Below are positions 57,137 to 64,000 of a stretch of 64,000 nucleotides of DNA, one piece after another. Origin of the DNA: Chrysomallon squamiferum (lineage: Eukaryota; Animalia; Mollusca); NCBI GenBank assembly GCA_012295275.1, contig CM022665.1:43524001-43588000 (forward strand), given 5' to 3'. Each line of letters opens with the position of its first letter. The first letter of the stretch is position 1. Made by a program: the position numbers and the translations under genes. The notes under the pieces were generated by a model that saw nothing but the letters and a program-made list of their open reading frames with translations, searched no databases and was not told where the DNA came from.

Positions 57137-57257
57137 TAGTTTACTGTATAGCAGGTCCTGACGTTAATTCCTTCAGCAGTGGAGGACAGTTTCTTGAGTT
57201 GGGGTGGGGTGGGGAAAAAGGACAATTCCTTGAATGTGGAAACCATATCATTGAAAT

Positions 57258-57420
57258 TGGAAGACGTTTTTCTAGAAACTGGAAGACAGTTCCTAGAAAC
57301 ATAAATACAATTCCTAGAAACTGGAAGACAATTCCTGGAAACTGGAAGACAATTCCTAGAAAGTTGAAGACAGTTTCTAGAAAGTGGAAGACAGTTCCTA
57401 GAAACCAGAACACAATTTCT
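57258..57420. repeat. 21-bp minisatellite (TTCCTAGAAACTGGAAGACAR), 7 units
   Basis: TT(C/T)CT(A/G)GAA starts at 57269, 57290, 57311, 57332, 57353, 57374 and 57395. Confidence 0.93.
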
Positions 57421-58075
57421 TGGGGTGGAGGGCACATGATATTTTGTTGAGTATGGAGGAACATTTCATTGAAATAGGAAGGAATATTAGTTGAGGGTGG
57501 ATGATAATTTTTCAGGGTAGGAATAAAATTCCTTGGGGTGTGTGTATTTTTTTTACAGGAATACAGGAATATTATTTGAAAGTGGAATATAATAATTCCT
57601 AGAAGTGGGGGGCAAAATTCCTTTAGTAAGTCTTGTGAAATGGTAACTTTTCGGCACAGCCCATCATAAAAACCATTTTCAGTGAGTGTTCTGAAGGATT
57701 GCAAGGATGGGGTAATTAATCTCATTTTACTCATGCTAGAGAACATCTCTGTCATTTCAGTGAGTGTTCTAGGGGGTGGTTAAGGGTGGAGGTAGTCAAT
57801 ATAATTTGCTTATGCTAAACATCAACATCACTGTTTCAGTCTTCTTATGGGATTATAATGATTCAGTGGGGTTGATGTCACTTTCTTAAACAGAATGTCA
57901 TCTGTATATCTGTGTTGGCCCCTAGGGGAAGGGAATAGTCAGGTTTGGGAGGTATTTTCCTTGCTGATGGGTGAGAGAGGTGTGTATGTGTCAGTTCAGT
58001 TCTGTGTTCAGTTCTATGTTCTGGGAATGTTTTAGTGGGGTTACCGTAACAGTTATGTTAAAATGTCGTTACGTG

Positions 58076-58223
58076 CAGGTGATATATTTTACTGTTGATT
58101 CCTGTAATCAGCTTTCGCAGGTATTCTTTTGTCACACCTGCCACCTCTTACCGCACAAAACCTCAGGTGTAAGAGTACTTACGGGATTAAGCACGGGGAT
58201 TTGGATAATCCACTTTTTACCTG
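58076..58223. promoter_or_regulatory. Cluster of five CAGGTA/CAGGTG motifs
   Basis: Sites start at 58076, 58118, 58135, 58164 and 58218, with nearby GGATTA/TAATCC. Confidence 0.4.
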
Positions 58224-58408
58224 GGATAAACTTACGTGATGGCCGAAAGGCAAGTTCGGCGAAGAGTTGTTGTTGGTTAAGGAAATTCCACGCCTGCTTA
58301 AATCCACTTTTTGGTAAAAGTAAAAAAAAAAATTGTGACACGACAGGCGTGCTTGGACAAATCACTAATGGAAGAATGCCTAAAATTCACTCTTAGACAC
58401 TAATGACA

Positions 58409-58500
58409 GTGATATTGTGGCTGAGTCATTTGTTTGAAGGCTGACAGGTACTTGGATCTCATCTTGGTTACTGTCTAACCCCAGCGACATATAAGGAACT
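58409..58500 (+). mobile_element. Possible decayed head of a second tRNA-derived SINE family
   Basis: GTGATATTGTGGCTGAGTCAT..AAGGCTGACAGGTACTTGGATCTCATCTTGGT..AACCCCAGCGA resembles a recalled gastropod SINE head (GTGGTTAAGCCAT..AAGGCTGGTAGGTACTGGGTTCGCATCTCGGT). Single copy here. Confidence 0.35.
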
Positions 58501-59310
58501 GTCAAAAAGTCATTACAGCTGATCTGCTGTATAAGTAACATTTTAACAAACTAACAGTACTAAGACTTTTATTTAGTAGGCAGGCCAGACTTATGAACTT
58601 TGTACCTACCCATGAAAAGCATTCTTCACAACAGATTTTTCCAGTCTGGATTCCAACTTCATACTAGCATAGCAAACAGATGTCTCTGTATTGGATCATC
58701 TCAGCATTGGATAATTTGCTTTACATCTTCTTCCATCCACCATCCAAAAGATTAATGTTCTTCATACTTTATTGTTAGTAAAGATACGTCAGTAAAGATA
58801 AAATAAAACAATCACTTCTTTTAAAAATTAATTTAAGCATTTTATTCATACTTTATTGTTAGCAAACATTTGTATACTAGTTAATAAAATAATCATATGA
58901 AAGTATATAAAAATGTATTTTATACTTTGTTCTTAGCAAATATTTGTATAGAGAAACAAAACAATACCATGAAGTACAAAAATAAATAAATAAATATATA
59001 AATAAATAAATAATAAAAAAAATAATAAAAATAATAAAATAAAATAAAATAAATATTATTTAGCTTTGTACATACACAAATACATAAAAAAGAATTAAGT
59101 TATTTGTTCACAACAACACAGATTTAATATTTTTAACAGTTCTGAATTTTATGTTCTTAATCTCAGATATATTTAAAGCATTATTTTACTGGTAGATAAA
59201 TTAAAAGTACAGATTTGACATGCTGTGAAATAAAAAATAAATAATTGAGAAGAATGTGTATGAAAAATATATCTTGGTATGGGGTCTGATGTTTTCATGT
59301 TTTTATATAT

Positions 59311-59560
59311 TTTAATAAATTAAAATGATAAATATTGTGTTTAATGATTTAATAAATTAAAATGATAAATATTGTGTTTAATAAATTAAAATGATAAATA
59401 CTGTGATTATTGATTTAATAAATTAAAATGATAAATATTGTGTTTAATGATTTAATAAATTAAAATGGTAAATATTGTGTTTAATGATTTTAGTAAATTA
59501 AAATGATAAATTATGTGTTTAATGATTTAGTAAATTGAAATGATTAATGATTACTTTAAT
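59311..59560. repeat. ~37-bp AT-rich minisatellite
   Basis: TTTAATAAATTAAAATGATAAATATTGTGTTTAATGA about 6-7 times. Confidence 0.9.
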
Positions 59561-60094
59561 GATTTTAGTAATGGTCATTTTAATAAAAATTATAACAATG
59601 GTTGAAAAAAAAACATTGACAAACATTGCAGTTTATGGAAGTTTTTATTACAAGTATAATATTTGTTTTTATTTTCATTTAATTTTTTCTTATTATTTTA
59701 TATTTTCTTCTTTACCTTTTTTAATGCTATTTTTTGTTTTATGTAAATTAATTTTAATTAATTAATTAATTAATTAATTTATTTATTTTACATGTGGCAT
59801 GTGTTAGATATATAGATTCTAGTGTTAAAGAAATAAATAAACAGAATTGTTTTAAATCTGTGGCAAAGTCATGGATCATGTTAATATTTAAATATATTAG
59901 TATTTATTAAACAAATTTAAATAGAATTGGAATTTATTTAACTTTTTACATCTCAAACAAAAAAACCCTCTAACTTCACATCTTTTTAACATTTTAAATT
60001 TAAAATAATAATAATAAAAGATATTCAATCTTCTTTTGTTTGGCTGATATTTAGATTCATTATCTACATCCCCAGTACAAAATGATTTGTTAAT

Positions 60095-60364
60095 AATTTA
60101 CCTTCTAAAGAACCCATTCTATATTTCACCCCAATCCCCATAATTCTTTATTAAGAATAATATCTTCAAGACAACCCATTTTACATTTCCACTCAATATC
60201 TGTAATGCTTTTTCAAAAATAGTATCTTCTAACCAACCCATTTTATGTTTCTCCCTCAATACCCATAATGCTTTATTAAAGATAATATATCTTCTATAAA
60301 CACATTACATATTTCTCCCCAATACTAATAATTCTCTGTTCAGTACTATAATTCATTAGTAAAG

Positions 60365-60449
<85 letters not shown>

Positions 60450-60545
60450 TTGTTTTTTTTAAAGAACTTTACCATGTGTCATTAGTACCCATAATACCTT
60501 AATTAACGGTAGTACTTTCTAAACAACCATTACTCCATCGACCCC
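60095..60545. repeat. Degenerate ~62-bp array interrupted by (CA)n
   Basis: TATCTTC..AACCCATTTTA..TTTC..CAATACCCATAAT units at ~60098, 60161, 60223, 60288 and again after the CA run (60369-60448). Confidence 0.7.
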
Positions 60546-61016
60546 AGCAACAGCATTGGTAATAAAGTTAAAGAAGCTCTCTGGCTTATGCTGTGCATTC
60601 TTAAAACGTTTTTAAAAAATACATATTTATTTATGACGAAAGTGTCAAAGTTCAGTCATTAAATCTCTATCAAAATGCTTTTAGCGATCTTTGAGAGTAT
60701 CAAGGTGCACAAACGGCTGCATTTTACTTTTATCGTAATTCTTCTGAAAGGGATTTAAACTGACAACGTGGAAATCTTTTTCTCTGATGTATTTATGTTC
60801 AGGTGTGTCCCCATATTCAGCTAGCATTCATGCAGCTTTAACGTTTTATTTCAATATTTGGTGCACAAAGGTGCTCTGTTTAGGAAATTCAGGCTACATC
60901 TGTTTGTGATATTTTTATGTTACTAAATGTTTCATATCATCGCAATTTTAATTTAGGATTAATATTATAGTTTGGTTACACCTCTATTTTAATTAAGTAT
61001 ACACAGCACTACTGCT

Positions 61017-61852
61017 GTATTAATTCAGCATATAGCATTCAGCAGTACCACCATATTAATTCAGCATATAGCATTCACCAGTACCACCATATTAATTCAG
61101 CATATAGCATTCACCAGTACCATCATATTAATTCAGCATATATTATTCAGCAGTATCACATAATTCAGCATTTACCATTCAGCAGTATCACATAATTCAG
61201 CATATAGCATTCAGCAGTACCACATAATTCAGCATTTAGCATTCAGCAGTATCACATAATTCAGCATATAGCATTCAGCATTATCACATAATTCAGCATA
61301 TAGCATTCAGCAGTACCACATTATTAATTCAGCATATAGCATTCAGCAGTATCACCATATTAATTCAGCATAAAGCATTCTGCAGTACCACCATATTAAT
61401 TCAGCATATAGCATTCAGCAGTATCACCATATTAATTCAGCATATAGCATTCAGCAGTATCACCATATTAATTCAGCATAAAGCATTCAGCAGTACCACA
61501 TTATTAATTCAGCATATAGCATTCAGCAGTATCACCATATTAATTCAGCATAAAGCATTCAGCAGTATCACCATATTAATTCAGCATATAGCATTCAGCA
61601 GTATCACATAATTCAGCATATAGCATTCACCAGTACCACCATATTAATTCATCATATAGCATTCAGCAGTACCACCATATTACTTCAGCATTTAGCATTC
61701 AGCAGTACCACCATATTAATTCAGCATATAGCATTCAGCAGTATCACATAATTCAGCAGTATCACTATATTAATTCAACATTTAGCATTCAGTATTATCA
61801 CATAATTCAGCAGTATCACATATTTCAGCATTTAGCATTCACATAATTCAGC
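61017..61852. repeat. 32/36-bp minisatellite (TAATTCAGCATATAGCATTCAGCAGTACCACCATAT), about 24 units
   Basis: TAATTCAGCA at 61021, 61057, 61093 (period 36) mixed with 32-bp variants ending TATCACA; high identity between units. Confidence 0.96.
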
Positions 61853-62503
61853 GTGTAGTGTTACAACTGGGAGTAAGATCAGAAAGTCACACTGTCAGTT
61901 ACGACATCCAGACATCAAACTTAGACTAATCTCTTTTGATGGACACTTGCACCAAAGTCCCCTCAATGTTTTTACAATGGCGATAATCAAATAACGAGAA
62001 AAAAAACTCATAATCAGCAAGACCAAAGCATGGCTCTGTTTGTTTTGGCAAGGACATTGGCTGGAGTTGTGTGGTCATTATTGGTGACCAGTGAGCAAGC
62101 CAGTTATGTAAAGGAATTATGACTGTGTCAACACTTTTGGGGGAAATGCTTAAGAGATTAAGGAGTAAAATGGGCTAATATAGAATATACATTCCTTGTC
62201 TTTGTCTCAGTGTGGATTGTTGGAAGCGTAGTGGTGTTGTGTTTTTGTTTTTTCTAGGTTAATAGATCTTGTAAATAGGGGAATTTATATTTATAGGTAT
62301 TTATGTGTGTCTCTGTGTGTGTGTGTGTGTGTACCTATCTCACTGTCTTCCAATCTAATTATATATCTGTGATTATGGATGTCTATATATGTATGTGTAT
62401 ATGTATGTGTGTGTGTATGTGTGTGTGTGTCTGTGTGTGTGCCTATCTAACTGTCTTCATGTATCTGCTTTTCTCTCTGTTGTTTTGTTCAAATGTTTAT
62501 GAT

Positions 62504-62564
<61 letters not shown>

Positions 62565-62652
62565 CTCTCTAATTTTAACCTCCACTTCTCCATTCAGTTA
62601 ATTGTGTAAGGTGAGAGATAAGTTTGTGTACTGGAGTCACTCTCTGTCACAC

Positions 62653-62686
<34 letters not shown>

Positions 62687-62964
62687 CTCTCTCTAAGCAT
62701 CAGTTTTATTGTAATTTATTCACACACATTTCTCTGTCTTATACTTTTATTGACATTTTAAACTGGGCAATAAACATTTCCTCTGACCTGGATGGAATTG
62801 AAAGGTAAATCTTTATTGTTTTGTTTACTTTTACAGGTAAAAATGACAGGTGTTATATATGTAATGATTTTGTTTTTATCAATATTTAATAATAATAATA
62901 ATAATAATAATGAAGATTTTTGTTTTTCACTTATATTAAACTTAATAATTACACACACATACAT

Positions 62965-63015
<51 letters not shown>

Positions 63016-63223
63016 AATGGATTTTGTCTTTAATCTTAGGTCCTATTTTCATGTTATATATCTACTTATATCAAAAATCATAAATGCTTATTATTATTAT
63101 TATTTATTATTGTTGTTATTGTTATTACCTTTATTAGTATTGTAATAACAGTTTGAAACTTTATACTGTATTTATTTAATAAAGAAAAAAATAATGTTAA
63201 TTAACCTAGGTAGGCTTCAAGAA

Positions 63224-63267
<44 letters not shown>

Positions 63268-64000
63268 AGATAACAAAACACCAACACTTAATCAAACATT
63301 CTACTCAGAACAAGTACAAAAAAAAAAAACCAAAGGATACGCCAATGTGGTTAGTTTCTACATTCACCTTTATACACGGGACAACGAGTGACCAGTGGTC
63401 AATTGAACGCCTGGAAACACACGAGTGATAAGTTGATGTAAACTACTCGAGCATTAACTTATCTCTCCGCTGGGTCTAATTCCCTTTAAGCCTCTTGAGA
63501 AGTCGAGAGAAGGTGGTTGACATTTTCTTGACAGACTTCATCTGGAACTGGAGCAGAATGTCCACAGATACAAGACCTTGTGTTGGCATGTCAGGGTAGA
63601 AATATCAATGAAATAAGAGCAGAGTTTGACATTTTTCAAGACTCCTTTACTATCAGTGCAATAGGGTTGTGTGTGTGTGTGTGGTGTCCTGAAGGATTTT
63701 TATATTTATCAATGAGATATTTTTTTTCAAATCTAAAGCTTTGATGATTTGTGATCACTGGGCGAGCACTGAGTTTGTCTGTGTTTTGACAGGAGATAAA
63801 AAAGTTTGTTTGGGTTTTATTACCACCAAACGTGAAGTACTGGGGTGATTAATTTTTGTATCATGAGGTATTTGGATGTGAGATGTTTTAAGCAATGACA
63901 TTAGAGCTTGTGTTGATTTACTATCATCAGTTATTGGTTTTCAAACATTTATTTAAAGAAATGATTATAGTATTTTCATTATTGGATAATAATATTTGAT

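Noticed and set aside
56989-57755. Overlapping 153-, 108- and 204-aa ORFs with 7-aa repeats
   Set aside because: Open frames are explained by the 21-bp repeat; three overlapping frames on both strands, no homology recognised.
61017-61852. CRISPR-like appearance of 28-37 bp repeats (also 30.5, 35.1 and 59.3 kb)
   Set aside because: Units are head-to-tail with no unique spacers, no cas genes, eukaryotic context.
62820-62843. Possible recursive splice site TTTACTTTTACAG|GTAAAA
   Set aside because: Donor half is weak and the transcribed strand is unknown; single instance expected by chance.

Overview
Very AT-rich, microsatellite-saturated eukaryotic (animal) DNA. I recognise no protein-coding gene, RNA gene or CRISPR array; nearly all supplied ORFs are translations of simple repeats or chance frames. 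Several decayed, mutually alignable copies of a tRNA-derived SINE resemble (from memory) the MetaSINE-type elements of gastropod molluscs, so the window is probably a gene desert or very large intron of a mollusc. It is built from about 35-40 short (0.3-1 kb) complex, CpG-containing islands separated by AT-rich and microsatellite spacers, plus non-autonomous DNA-transposon relics, two foldback palindromes and many minisatellites. The most notable signals are three dense clusters of CAGGTA/CAGGTG motifs, a 21-bp array with phased TTCCTAGAA (GAS-type) sites and minus-strand miR-7 8mer sites, a 32/36-bp array with about 18 minus-strand 8mer sites for miR-1992, and a 618-bp MITE with an 8-bp target duplication and a CTCF-like motif. 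All functional readings are hypotheses from motif content only.
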